From: Podarcis pityusensis | Taxonomy: Eukaryota | DNA length: 64,000 bases | Direction: 5' to 3' (one strand) | NCBI GenBank assembly: GCA_964106645.2 | Contig: OZ067052.1 | In this document: positions 26,901-40,700 of the stretch, piece after piece | Numbering within the stretch: the stretch's first letter is position 1 | Layout: every line of letters begins with the position of its first letter | Notes under the pieces: generated by a model | The model's database searches: none | What the model was told of the DNA's origin: nothing | What the model saw: the letters and a program-made list of their open reading frames with translations, nothing else | Translations under genes and position numbers: made by a program

Positions 26901-29900
26901 TTCACTGGAGGCAGCTTTCTCTGTGACAGTCACCCTCTTCTCAGCAGACTCCGTAGAAGGCAAAGCTAAGAGTGATCTCTCCCCTGACGAGGAGGAGGAG
27001 GAGGAGAGCGAGGATTCTGAAATGACAGCAAGTCTGCCATGATTTTGGCTGGGCACTGTCGGGCTCCGAGTGGTCAAGACAGAGAGATCGGAAGGCAGTT
27101 CCAGAGGCAGCTCAAACTGCTCCTCTGCCGAGATGGATGACGAAACACTGCTGTCAACAGGCTCTGTGGTTGGCAGCTGCTGAGAGAAGACTTCAAAGAG
27201 GCCCATATCCTTGCCCCGGTTGGTGGTGTCAAGGCCCAGCCCATCTCCCAGCGTCAGGAGCTCAGAGGACGATGACTCAGGGCTCTCTCCGAGGGCTTGC
27301 ATGGAGGGGGTGTTTTTCAGCACAAAGTCCATGATGTCAGACGGGAGAATGTTTCCGCAGTCGTCACTGTTGTTATTGTCGGAGTCGGACTTGAGCAGCT
27401 CTGTGCTGAAGGTATCCAGCAGGGTCTTCTCCGAAGGGGTGCTGGCACGAGGGCGGCGGCTGGCCTCTAAAGAACTCAGCTGAGCTTCCAGAGGATCCTG
27501 GCTCTGGGTTTTTACGCGGCAGTTCTCCATCTTGGGCTCGGCTGCTTTGTGGCCAGCTGAGCTCTTGGTGACTTGTGCTTTCTCCCCACTCTCTTCGCTC
27601 CGATCAAGTTTTAAGCTCTCTGTTCCATTTTCTTTGCCACTCCTTTTGGTCACTGGATTGACTTTCCTGGTTGTCACCGTGATGCTTGTGTCACTTTCTG
27701 TCCCGTCATCCACACCATCCAGCTGAGAGATTTTGGGAAGGCTGCACTGTTCCTCCTCCCGGAATAAGTTGTGAGGAGAAGCGAGATGCTCTTCCGTGTT
27801 TGAGACCACTGTCCTGGTGAAGTTGTAGTAGTAAAGGTCATCCTCGTCCGACGTGCTGAGGTCATCGGCACCATCTACTTGCCCTTCAGCAGACCTCTTT
27901 CCCCGCTTCTTCCCAGTGGAGTTGCTGTAGAAGGGAATGTCTTCTTCCCCGTAAGACCTCACGCCATACAATGGCGTCAGCCCAAAGAACATGTTGGATC
28001 TGGCCCGTGCGCTGCGCCGGGGGTACCGCCGCTTGTAGGCCCCGTCTTCCTGCGCTTTGGCTGTCTCCTGGAGCATTAAGTTGCTCTCCTGAACAGGAAG
28101 ACTCTGGTAGGCCTCGCTTGGAGCCTCAGGGACTGAAGCACAACTTGGGCTGTCTTGAACCAGGGAGCCGTTTCCTGACCGTTCTGGAGTGGAAGAGGAT
28201 TGTGCCAGGGAAGCTGGTTTGCTCTCCTTAGGCTGAGATTCTACATCACCCTCCCTCTGAATGTTCTTGGACTGGCTATCACCTTCCATCTTGAGAGGAG
28301 TCAACGTGACTTTCACTGTGCGCTTCTGGGAAGCCTGCAGATCCTTGGAAGTGGCCACTTCGCCCTGGGAAGGAACCTTGGAGGTCTTCTGGTTAAGCAG
28401 CTGTCTATCGGGGGCCTTCTCTGAAGCCACAACATTGTTACAGAGCTTCTGGTTCACATGCTCAGGCGTCACAGCTTGATGAACAAATTCTGGCTCTGCG
28501 CTGTCTTTGTTGCTAGGTGTGAGGAGGCTCGGATTTGTAAAGAGTTTATTGGAATGTCTCTCTTTGGCTCCCCTTTTCCCCTTCTGCTGCCGCCTATCTC
28601 TGCCTGCAGAAGGTGCTGGGTCACTTATGGAAGGAGGAGATCTGTTACTTGCCCCAGAAAGCTTGGAGATCTTTGCTTCTGGATCCTCGTAAGAGCAGTT
28701 TGTTTCTGGCTTTACAAGATCCACCTGCTGCTCTTGCTCCTTCTTTGGGGGTCTCTGATGTAAAGGTGGAAAGGCTACTGCCTCTTTGGAAGAAAACAGC
28801 CCAGAAGAGTGCTCTGGAAGCTTCCCTACTTTGCTGGTGTTTGGCTCAGTGCCAGAAGCACTCTGCACAGGAGTACTGGCCTTCAAATTACCCAGGGAAG
28901 AACTTGCATCTTTTTGGCTCATCAGCTTGCTCTTCTCTGTCCCCGGAGGCCCCATTGCTTCTAATGACAGTGCTCCCTCCAAGGAAGTGCTTGTGCCTCC
29001 TCCACCTGTCCCTGCTGGCCTCTGACCACCACAGGGAGGGGCAGAGCTACTCTGGGTGGCAATGCGTCCAGCTGCTGGGCCCGAAGAACGCTCTGAAGGC
29101 TTTGTGCTCAAGTCATGCTCTGGCAAGGGAGACAGGCTGGGTGTTGAAGAGAGGCTGTGCCTGGTGGAGTGAGTGGCCCCAGCTCTGCTGGAAGGCATCA
29201 TCCAGGACCTCAACTGTGGAGGGGGCAGAGGAGAGGAGGCGCTGTGTCGTCTGGAGCCAATGCTTCGAAGTCCAGATGACAGCAGGGGGTCTCCCACAGT
29301 CACGATCTCGTGTGTAATGTGGGTGGGGCTCCCTGGGAAAAGACAGAAGATGGGGAAGAATATTAGAACTGAGTTTGAGGTCATCTACTGAATGCAAATA
29401 TCTGGATCTATGCAGGCAAGGAGTAAAGCAAAGCCCAAACCCCCGGAGTCAACCCCTTTCTTGATCTAATTATTCCTTCTACTGGTGGCTTCATTGAAAC
29501 AAGGAAAACACTCTATAACTTTTTCCTTCTGGCTTCAAGTTGCACAGGAGCATGTTTGGTCTTGCCTACCCAGAAATATTTCTTAACTGTAAGAACAGCA
29601 GACTGAACTTTCCCTGGGGTTCTTTCAAATTCTGATCCAGCCCCCTGACAAACTCCTATGGCTGGGGAAGAGGGGGGGTGGCCATCTGAGCTGCAGGTGG
29701 AGTTCTGGGCTTCAATATCCTGATAGGCCTTTTCTCACCTAGGCCAGGTCTTCTGACTTCACAAGGTAAGTCAGTCACCAGCTAGGATTGTCGGTGAGCA
29801 GAATTTCCAAAGAACATTATCCTTCAAGGTGTGGTTTAGAGTTCTGCTTAAAAATGGAGCCCACCTCAGCCCAAAAGCTCAGGGAGGCTTACAAGTTGTC

Positions 29901-32900
29901 AGCAATTCAAACATGGTTCACTCGACAAGGTTAAATGTGAGGAAAAACTACATGTTAAGTATGTAGGTGAGATGCCCAGAAACCGGGAGGGGAAATGATT
30001 GAAGATGCCCCCCTCTACCAGCATCCTCAGTGCTTGGCCTTTGATGATGAGGACGGACAACAAGTCTTTTGCACCCCAGCACTTATTAAGCCCTAAACCC
30101 AATAGAGATGGTGGAAACAAGGTTCCATGCCATTGAGAACAGCCTGAAGAAATTGCTAAACAAAGAATGAACAGAAGTCAAAGAAAGCCAGAGAGAGCAG
30201 CAGAGGGAGGTGGAGGGCCAGACCTGCAGAGGGCAATGGCCTTGAACCAGGAGATCGCAGGGCGGGAGGAAAACTTGGCGCTCTGATCCGCAGAGCCCTG
30301 CAGTTCTGAGAATGTGGCAGGAAGTCTGAAGAGGGAGTGCTCACAACCGCTGACACTGCATGGCCTTCTCTGACTGGAATTTCTGATGAAGAAGAAAAAG
30401 AAATAATGAACTTATGGATTCAGGCAAAACCCAGGGTGCATTTGAACAAAACAGCTTCAGGGAAGTAGGGGAGTACTAGAGGCCTTTCCCCTCAATAACA
30501 TCCTTTCTTCCTCCCTCAGGGAATGTTAACAGAAAAATCTTTATACGTGGAGGGAGGCAGAAAGTAAAAGAGGGGAAAAAAGAAAAAAGGCTGCAGTCTT
30601 TTGGCATCTAGGCCAAAACCAGAATGCAAAGCTGGACATTATGTGTCATTGGGAGCAGGTGAGGGCCAAACATTAAGAGTACTAGGTAGAAGCACACCCC
30701 CACCATGCCCCAAGCATCTCAGAAGGACAAAGTCCCTTGTTGTTTCAGATCAAGCATACCATAATCTAGTCTCCAGAAACGCATGACACCTGGGCAAATG
30801 CTGGAGTGTCTTTCTGCACAGAGCAGAGTTGGGAGTTGAAGACCCTTGATGTTCCTCCCAACACTTATGATTCTATGACTCAGTTATGGAACAAGGGCCA
30901 GGATCCACTCCAAAACCTATAGCCAAAGTAGAGGATGTGATCTTTACCAGGGAACCCCCCTTTTTTGCCCTACTCCAAGTGTGTGCTGCTACTGCTGTCA
31001 CCAAAAGGTATTACAAGCCCTGTCTCATAGCAAAGACTAACCAGAAGAAGGAAGCTTTTGGCTTTGGAAGAGCCGAGCAGTACAAAAAACAGGCACCCAC
31101 AGGTCTGGCACAAAGGCCACAATCTCAAGCCAAGCCATGCCTGCAGAAACTTGCCTGAAAGTGGCCTGGGGCTGTGCGTGATGGTCCTATTGTCATCGTG
31201 CTCTACTGTGCTGTTGATGTCTGGCTCAAGAATAGGAGGGCGGCATTCCATGATCTTGCAAGTGTACACACAGCGCTTCCGAGCATCCGTTGTGCTCCAG
31301 TACACTCGAGAGCACCTGGGAAAACATTTAAGAGTTACAACATCTACACAGAGCTGTGCATGCCTGCAAAAGCCCTTCTCTGGGGCAAGAGGAGAAGGAA
31401 GGCCAAAGACTTCCTGGGTGGTCCTCACGGCATCTTCCAGGGAAAATAACATGGATTCTGCTGCTGCTGCTGCCTATTCAGGAGACAGCTCCTACTTACT
31501 GATAACCAATGGGGAACAGCTTGTCTTCACAGTCAGACAGATCGCTCAGAATCCCGAGGCAGTCAATCGTCATGGACCCTACAAGAAAACCAAAGAGGCA
31601 AAGTTCTGTGTGAGGAAGGCAGCAACTAAATTCCACTAGGCACATTGCCAAGGCCAGAGGCAGAGGGCCCTCACCAATCATCATGTGGATGTTCTCTGGC
31701 TCCAGACCATGAAGAAACCTTCGTCTCAAGCTAATCCCTTCAAAATCCACAAAGACTCTTCTTAGGACTTCAAAGCCATTCTCGGGAACCACCTACAGCA
31801 AGCACACACAAAAAGAGGCCTATACAGTATTAAGGTGAAAACACACAGCCTGAGCTGAGAAGAGCAGGGAAATGGGGAGGGGGGGGAGTACAGCTGGGCA
31901 AAGGCCTGGGGTGGTGGCTGGGCTCACCTCTCCTTTGATCATGTCCCGGTGGCGCTGGCAGTAGACTTTCTTATCCTCCAGGAAGACACAGTTCTTGGCC
32001 CGGGAGCACATGAAGTGATAGTTGCTTGTGCAGGAGGTCAGGCAGCAGCCCACTGTGGCACCCGACTTCAGGCAAAATTCACATCTCTGCAAGGTTTGAG
32101 GGTTGGATTTTTAGGGAAAGCATCTTGTTGTTATGGCCAATGGCCTAAACAAATAAACTGGACTAGTGCAGCACTGTCAAAAGCAGCAACACCCCTAATA
32201 TGATTATCTATGACATGCATATCAGGTTGCCAACAAAGAGAAAGCAATAGAACTGCTGCTGTTCCACCACTCATTTAGCAAACACAATTCATCTTGTCCA
32301 AAACAACCTGTTAGTAATCTGAGTGCAGCCTTTTTTCATTGTTGTTCATTTACAAACTCACATATTGTCTTGACTTCCCAATTTAATTCCAATTCAGAAG
32401 AAAGGTGTGTTTTTTTAACAGTTTAGAGCAATTTCTGAGCATGCAAAAGGGATCAGTGACTGATTAAGAACACGAAAAAGCTGCCACAGCCACTAGCCGC
32501 AACTGCTTGCAGTTGCAGGACAGCAGCCCAAGCTGGCCACCTGTGATTGTGACTTCCTACACTTCAGGCCACAGAAGACACCCCTTCCTAATCATTACAA
32601 GGAGACGCGGGCACTTGCTCACATCTGTCTGCTGCAGAAGCCAGGTGATGATCTGGTTCACATGCTAGTATAATAGAGCTGCTTGTGAATGTCCAAGTAA
32701 CCAGTGCTTTTGATTCTTTGCAGTCTGGAACTGCTGGAAGCTGAATTCAAGGATCTCTGTCTTTTTCAGATATAACATCCTGTGAAGCCCATTACTTCAA
32801 CTGTGGAGAATCATGTGAGGCTTTTGCTCTTTTTAAAGTTGGGCCATTAACGTCAAATATGAGCTGTCTCTCCATGGAGACATGCTGTGGGCTTTCCAAT

Positions 32901-34739
32901 ATTCTTCTTTGCCGTTGTAACAGCAGAAGAGAAACATTTTAGCTGCTTTTGAAATGTAAATCCTCATTCCTGGACAGACTCCTGAGCCCAACCTGTTCCT
33001 ACTCACCAGCTGTTTCCCTCTGATCACTGCCACGTGCACATTCTTCAGGGAGCCATCGTCATCTTCAAAAACTTCAGCTGACCACAGGGCACAGTTCACA
33101 TGGGTCCACTCATTCTGGCCGATGTAGAGGAGACGGCCAGCATCCTGCAAGAAAGGAGAAGGCCACCAGAAACACTCAGAAATCAGTCAAGTGCACTCCC
33201 CACCCCACAACTGCTGGGCACATCTTGCAGCAGCCACAGTGAAATAAAAGCTGGCAAACATAAAGGTGGCTCATGGAATCAGACCGTTTAAGGGGTCTTT
33301 GCAGCTGTCTAGTCCAACCCTCTGCTCAGAACAGAACACCCAGTGCTAGATTATTATGATTTACTAATTTTTATACCACCCTTTGCACCCCCAGCAGACA
33401 GAGGGCTCTCCAGCCTCTGCTCAAAGACCTCTAGAGGGGGAGTATTTCACCACCCCTCCATTGCCCAGCTGCTCTTACTGTCAAGAAATTTCCTCTATTG
33501 TTCAATCCAAATCTACCCTCCTGTAACTTAAGTCTATGAGATATAACCCTTTGACCCCTGGAGTCATGGAGAACAAGCCTTTGCAAACTCTTGCATGTGA
33601 CACAGCCCATTCAAGGATTTGTAGAGTGCTATTAGGTTCCACCTCAGTCTTCTCTTTGCTCAGCTAAGCATAACTGGTTCCTTATATAGGACTTGTCTTC
33701 CATACTTCTGACCATCTTCGCTATCTTCCTCTGATCCCATCCCAATTTGTCTACATCCTCCTTGATATGTGGTGCTAGAAATGAACATAGTACTCCAGAT
33801 GAGGTCTGACTAGTGCAGAATAAAGTCAGTTATTCCTTCTTGTGACATGATGATGGCTCTGTTAATGCGGACTAAGATCTCACTGCAGCCACATCACACC
33901 CCTGACTTGTGTTCTGCTTGTGATAAGCTACAGTCCTGAGATACTTTTCACATACACTTCTGCCGGGCCATGTATTGCCCATTCTATCCTTGTGCATCTG
34001 ATTCCTCCCACACTTGTTCAGAACTTTGCATTTGTCTCTACTGAATTTCTTTTTGTTGGGTTCTGCCTATTTTCCCTTCTGTCTTCTGGGGTCCTAGCTG
34101 TCCCTCAAAGTTCAGTGCCATTTGGAACTCTGGTAAGGATTCCCTCTATGCCCTCATCCAATATTTAAATCCTTATCAGATTTCCAGTTCCTACCGAAAG
34201 TCATTGATGGTTGGAAGAATGCCAGGCCCAGAACAGAAGCCTGCAGCACTCCACTCAAAACATCCCTCCAGTTTCATGAGGAACGACTGAAAAGTGTCTC
34301 TTAACAGGACACTTTTCTAACCAGCTGTGAAACCACCTGATATTATCGCCTGTCCCCATTTACAGAGTTTGCTAATCAAAATATCACAAGGAGCTTTGTA
34401 AAATGCTTTGCTGTTATCAGCTAAATTATGCCCACAGCATTTCCACAATTCACTAAGATAGTAACCTGCTTTTGTTTTTTTAAGAAAGGTAATATTAGTC
34501 TGGCTCAGCTGGACTGAGTGTGCAACAAAGATCAAGCCTGCCTTTCAACCTTAACTAGAACCAGAAGGCAAAGCCTCTACAGCTCACAACACACATTCTT
34601 GACAGAGCCACTTACATTCCCACCATCATCGCCATACTTCAAGCAAAGTGCACACTGCCGGTTATCCTCCACATCTGGAGGAGGGGTAAGTTCTGGGCTG
34701 TCCTCCAAGCTTCTGTCAGAACCTCAGAACAGAGAGAGA

Positions 34740-34778
<39 letters not shown>

Positions 34779-37700
34779 CTGATCACTCCTGAGAAACACT
34801 GCTTGGAAGAAAATGTGGGCTGGGAACTGTTTACTGGAGAATAAAGTAGCTTGCAAATGCCCAGAGCAGCAAACAATTTCAGCTGCTCGCTTGAATTGAA
34901 AAGGTTTTACTTCACTTTAAAACAAAACACAATTTAACCAACCATGCAGATGTAAGGGGGAGGCAGAGAAAGAGGCTTGGTTCAGACTTCGAAGTCCTGG
35001 CAGATGGTAGGTAAGGCAAGGAGCCTCTATGTACCCGACTCTGGCGGGCCCAGACTTTCCCCAGGGTCTAAAGCCTGCCTCCCCCAGTGTCACCCTCATT
35101 CCCTAGCACTTCCCCCAGACAAAAAGGCTCAGTTTCTCACTGGATATAGGTGGTGTAGAAGGATGCAGTGGAGTTGGGGAGTCTGGCTCTCCAGGACCTT
35201 TGGGTTTTGGTGCTGGAATGATTTTCTTCATAAGAGGAGGTTGTTGAGCACAACTGTTTTCTTCACGCTCCTGCCACTGTGCGTAGTTATGGTCGAGTGA
35301 TGGCGGCAAGACAGCATTAGGCAGCATCCCACTGCTAGAAATGGACAAAAGGTAGCATCAGACTTGGTTGCACCTAGGAGGCCCCAACTATAGCCCTTAG
35401 GCAGGTAAAGCTCTTTCATTCACTGCAAAGCCGTCTCTGCAGGGCAAGGGGCAGGACTAAGACGCAGATTGGTACAAGAAGGACCACAACCCACTTCTAC
35501 TTTCTAGATCAGGAACTAATTGCAGCCAGTTGCTTTGAGAAGCAGGAGAGGCCCATCTGGAAATTCAGTTCTGATCTTCTTTCCAAGGGGCAAGAGCGCT
35601 GGCACCACCTTTGGCTGAAACAGGCAGGTCAATTGCAGCAAGTGAGTGCTGGAAGTGGAACAAGTTACTTACTTGGTTGTAACTTTATTAGGTTCCCAAA
35701 ATCTTGATTTCTTTACACTGAACCATGGAAAAACGCGTTCCATTTGCTTAAAAACAAACAAAACACCCACAAATGTATTAGAAATGCTTTACAGGACTCA
35801 ACACTAAACACTTGAAGAAGTCTACTGTCCAAGATCTCTGCAAATTTACAGTCAGGAATAATTTATTATGAACTTAAAGGTCTGCCCAGACAAGATCCTA
35901 ATTTGTTTCACAGACAGCCACACAGTAGCTTGAACAGAAATATGGGCTCCTTGGGGACTATTAAAGATGCAGCTTCAGTGCACCAGTTGCCAATTTATTG
36001 AAAATAAGATGCAGCTTGGCTTACCCGAATAAAGAAGGACTTCACCATGCTGTTGGCCTTCTTAAGTTCTGGCTGCCCTCCGTCAGCATTAATGGCTGCT
36101 TGGATTATCTTTACAATATCATCACTAAACTCCAGCTGCAAGATAGACACACACAGAAATCAGCTTCCTATCTTCTTCTCTGATATACTTTATCCAGCCC
36201 TCTTCCCCATCCATGGGTGCTGAACATCAAGTGGCAGAAGTTCACCTTTTCCTATTCAATTTTTTAACTCCTTTTTATTCCCTGCCTATGTTTCAGAAGA
36301 GCAGCATGGCCAACGTAAAACACTGTAGCGTGGCCAAAACATCCATGCACCTTCAAGGCACAAGGGGGGAATTTATAGCAAAAATGTAGCATTTTAGGAC
36401 CACCTCAATGCAGTTCACAACAGCAAATTGATTTGTATATCCCATCATTTTCTTCTCCTCATGGAAGCGATGATGAAAGCAAGAAAGAGATGCTGACTGA
36501 ATTGTTAACGCACCACAGAAATGTAGCCTCCTTGCTCCATTTTTCTTTTCACTCCTTCCAGGTCCAGCAGCTGCTGTTCTTCTTGCTTGCTGACTTCAGT
36601 GAGCACAGGAGGGTCTGGGCCTTCTGGGGAACTTCGGGATGGGACGCTCTCTTCCGTCTCAGGATTTAAGTCAGGGGGTTTGGCCGCCTGGACACACAAC
36701 GGTAAGGGAGTACAACAGTTTTTGAGCCCAGCACAAAGCATTTCTTTAGTAGGTCTGTGGATAGAGGTTAAGAGCCAAAGAGCCTGCAGGACCAGGCCAG
36801 TAGTCCCATCTAGTCCAACATTCTGTTCTGATGGTGGCCAACCAGATGCCTTTGGGAAGCCTGCAAGCACTACCTGAGCACAAGGATCTAGTTGACTGAA
36901 AGGAGGTGCAGAAAAGTACAGCATAACAGAGGATTGGAGGAGACAAGCCCCCTTCATGTCTGAATTGTGGGAGGGGGCAACATGTCTTGGAAGGGGCTGC
37001 ACTGCACCTCAGGTCACCAAGTTTGGCCCTCACATTCACACCATAGGTGGGAGCATCTGCAGGGGAAATGCCTCTACGTGAGCTGGAACCTTGGTAATAC
37101 ACAGCAGAGCTCTAGACACAGACATCCACATCTAATGCATGAATGCTAAAGCCCTTGGAGGCAGAGCCCTACAGGCCTTTTCTGGCTATAGTCTACTTGG
37201 TTGGAAAAAAGGCTTAGGGGAAACAAAAACAGCAGAAGGGGCGTGATGGAAGTTTATACAACCTTGAGTGGTGCAGAAAGCACGAAAGGGGGAAGTATTT
37301 CTTTTCAAGGCCCAAAATGACAGTTAGCAGACAAGACACAGGAAAGGTAGTAATTCTTCACATCATGCATGTAAAACTCTAGGCAAAAACTGCTTTAAGG
37401 AATAAACACAAGGAGAGGTCCACGGTGAATGGCTCTTACGGAGGGTCCTTCCTGGTTGATATGGAGCAAGGGCCACAAGTGAGGCCACAGAGAAGGGCAG
37501 CCAGTGCTGTGCAAGCTTGACCACTGGCCTGGCTCAGGTTAGGCAGATACAGATGTTCCTACAGACTCCCTCCTGCCTGGAACATACTCTCTCACACATG
37601 CTGACAATTAGCAAGGCAGAGCGTTAGCCATTGCCATATGGGTTCTGCTCATGTTATGGGTTCCTCTATGATATCCATTGCAAGACAGAATATCAAACAT

Positions 37701-40700
37701 TTGGTTGGAACCTTTGGCTTGTCACCCTCTTTCCCTCTCCCCACCCCCTCCCACACACACCTGGCACTGCATTTCTAATGCCGCTTTTCTTCTAGAAACA
37801 CTAGGAAGAATATTGTGCTTTAAAGTCCAACAGCACCACTCTGAGCAGCCAGAATTCAGGTACATTTGTATGGTTCATAGAAGGAGAGGGAGGCCCACCT
37901 GTCTATAACGCAGCAAATGGCTGGATGTCCTGGAATTTAGTAGGGCTGTTAGAACCTGCTTCAAAGAAAGCTGCAGCTCTTTCTCCAGTGCTAGCCGCCA
38001 TTCAGCAGGAGGTTGTTCTGTGCAGTTAATGCAGGTGTAAGCCACACTCTCCGGCAGGTTGGAGAGGATCTCGTACATCTCATCTGAAGGTAGACAGGGC
38101 AAGCATTAGGGGCAGAGGGCAAGCCTCGGGAGGCTAAAAGTGTCAGATCTGTGGGGGATCTGGCAGCATGGTAGGAGGTTACATCGTGCAAAGGGGCTCA
38201 GCTGTAGGGATTCCAATGACTGTATTGGGAAGTGATTCAACAGGGAGAGTGTCTCTCTGCACACTCTCAGGAACCCACAGCACAACTGCAGCCTGCAAAG
38301 CTGGGCTCCGAAGTCCACAGCTAAGCACGATTAGCTCAGGATATTCAGCTCCTTGGCTTCTGCACCCTAGTCCAAGAAGAAACAACCCACCCCATAGACC
38401 AAGATGGAATTGCAAAAAGGATCTCAAGCACAAGGTTCCTGGTTGTAAATGTTCATCCTACTCCTCCATATATGCAGGGTTGGAAGCAGTCCTCACCTGA
38501 GAGGTTTTCACACTTGGAGTGGACCCAGCGGTCACATTTCCCACACTGCATCATTTTGCTCTCATAGTCATCGTCATCGTAGCATTTGTCACAGACGGGG
38601 CAGAAGTTCCCTACAAGCAAAACAGAGAGGCGGTCCAGATTTCCCACCATCAGTATACAAAGCCAAACACTCTAGCGGTCAGGGGACTCCACGCAAAGGG
38701 CAAGAATGGCTATCAGTCACTGCCACTATTAACAGCCAGCAGCAAGTACTATACTTGCCCCCTTTCAGTGTGAAGGTGCTCCCTGCTGCCGTCCCCCGCT
38801 TCCCTAGAGGAAGTACTTGAATTTAGCAAAGCAAGGGCTGCATCTGCACATGGAACTGCAGCTGCCAGCATTTCCCAGGCCATTCAGCATGATACAGCAT
38901 ACTTCCGCAGCAGACCAGACCTATCATGCACCCAGTCTCTCCACACCTTTAGCGAAGAGTTTGGCACAATCGTGACACAGAGAGAAGTCGTGAGACCATT
39001 GGGCATCCCACCCTTTGCCTGGCGTTGTCGCTCCACAGCTCTTGCAGCGGACACATTTCGTGCAGATCTGGAAAGACAGACAAGGAATAAAGGGCTGCAC
39101 AGCCTCTCTCTGGGATAATAGGATTCAGTCATAGCAGGCACCAAAGATGCTTCCCTCTACGGGTGAGCCATGGAACAGAAATCATGCCTCAGCCTGCCTC
39201 TTTCGCAATGGCCAGTTGATGGGGTTGCCATATCCAGCAGTTTATGATTCAGACCGATTTTATTGCATATCCTTGTAAACAATGGACCACTTTCAACATC
39301 AGGCTAAGACATCTGGCAGTCTGATTATAATAAGAGGGGAAGGTATCCCTGCCTTACAAGTGTCCCCACGATGCAACAGAACTCACCCAAACCTTCTTTT
39401 TCTTCGTAGGTTTTGTTGGGTAATTTGGTCCCAGGCACTCTGGGTGATAGCTGTTTCGGCACTTGTTACACTCCAGCAACTGCTATGGAAACATGGAAAA
39501 CAGCAGCAAGTCAAGCCTAGATGCTCCAGTAGTTGCTTTAGACCAGAGCTTTCCAAACTGTGTCTCGTGACGCATTAGTGTCAGCTGCTGTGTGTAGGTG
39601 TGTTGTACGAACACTCCCCATGCTTTTCCCGGGGCTGGAAAGGGGATAGTTTAACCTCCAGTTTGCTAGTAAAACTGAATTACTATGTTGCAAAATGATG
39701 TATGTCTAAAAAGTGTGTCACCAACATGAAAAGTTTGGAAAGCTCTGCTTTAGACATTTGATGACTCCTAGTTCAACATGAGGAAGCTGTGTTGGGGAAA
39801 CTTAGCATCCCTGGCGGCCATCCCTTACGATGCCACAAACCCCACATTCCAGAGGAACAAAAGGAGACAGGCAAGCTCATCAAGGGACTCCGACTACCTT
39901 GGTGGCCTGATGCTGCCTCCCACACACATGGCAGAACTTGCAGCGACGACAGCACCAGTTTTCCAACTGGTCCTCCAGGGGGCGCTCACTGTCCTCCAAA
40001 CAGAACTTGTGGAAAGGCTCACAGCACACCTGGCAATACACAAACTACAAGGGAAGGGGCAAGTCAGTAGGTCAGCCACATCCTGCAGCAGTTGCGCACT
40101 TCAACTATTTGCCCATCAGCTTGCCCTGGATGGCTGGCTCCAGAGGGAGAGGGAGGAGGAGGAGAAAGTCTTTGGTCACCCCACCCTCATGGTTTGGTCC
40201 CCAGTTTCACCAAAGAGGCTTAGAGAGCCCTCTTCCACCACCAAGTTCCGCACCATTTGTCTGTGGGCTGTTTTATCTCCAGAGCCCCTCTGCAAGAGCA
40301 GCATGTATTAGTGAAGCTACAAAAGGTCCACTGGTGCCTAGAGACATAAGTGCTTATCTGACACCACACCTCCTGCTTTGAGAGGTAGGTAAAGAAGCAT
40401 TTCAAATGGTAGTTGAAGCTGCAGCTCTAACTGATGGCCTTTATTCAGGATTCAATTCCAGCTTCAGATTTCCTTTAATTTTAGGTAGCTGAAATAATAT
40501 CTCACAAACACATACACCAAACACCTTGGTGTGGACTGTCCCTGTGGGACCTCACCCTTACCTCCACATGCCCACTGCTGGCACAGAGGAAGCAGACCAC
40601 CCTGGGAGTTATCGGGACAGAGGTCAGGATACCCAAACCGCCCATTTCCCAAACGTTCTCAGCCTCACAGTCCTCCTAAAAAACACAAAAGGAAGAACAT

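Noticed and set aside
25216-29391. Plus-strand ORFs within KMT2A exon 27 (and likewise exon 3)
   Set aside because: Antisense shadows of a long coding exon.
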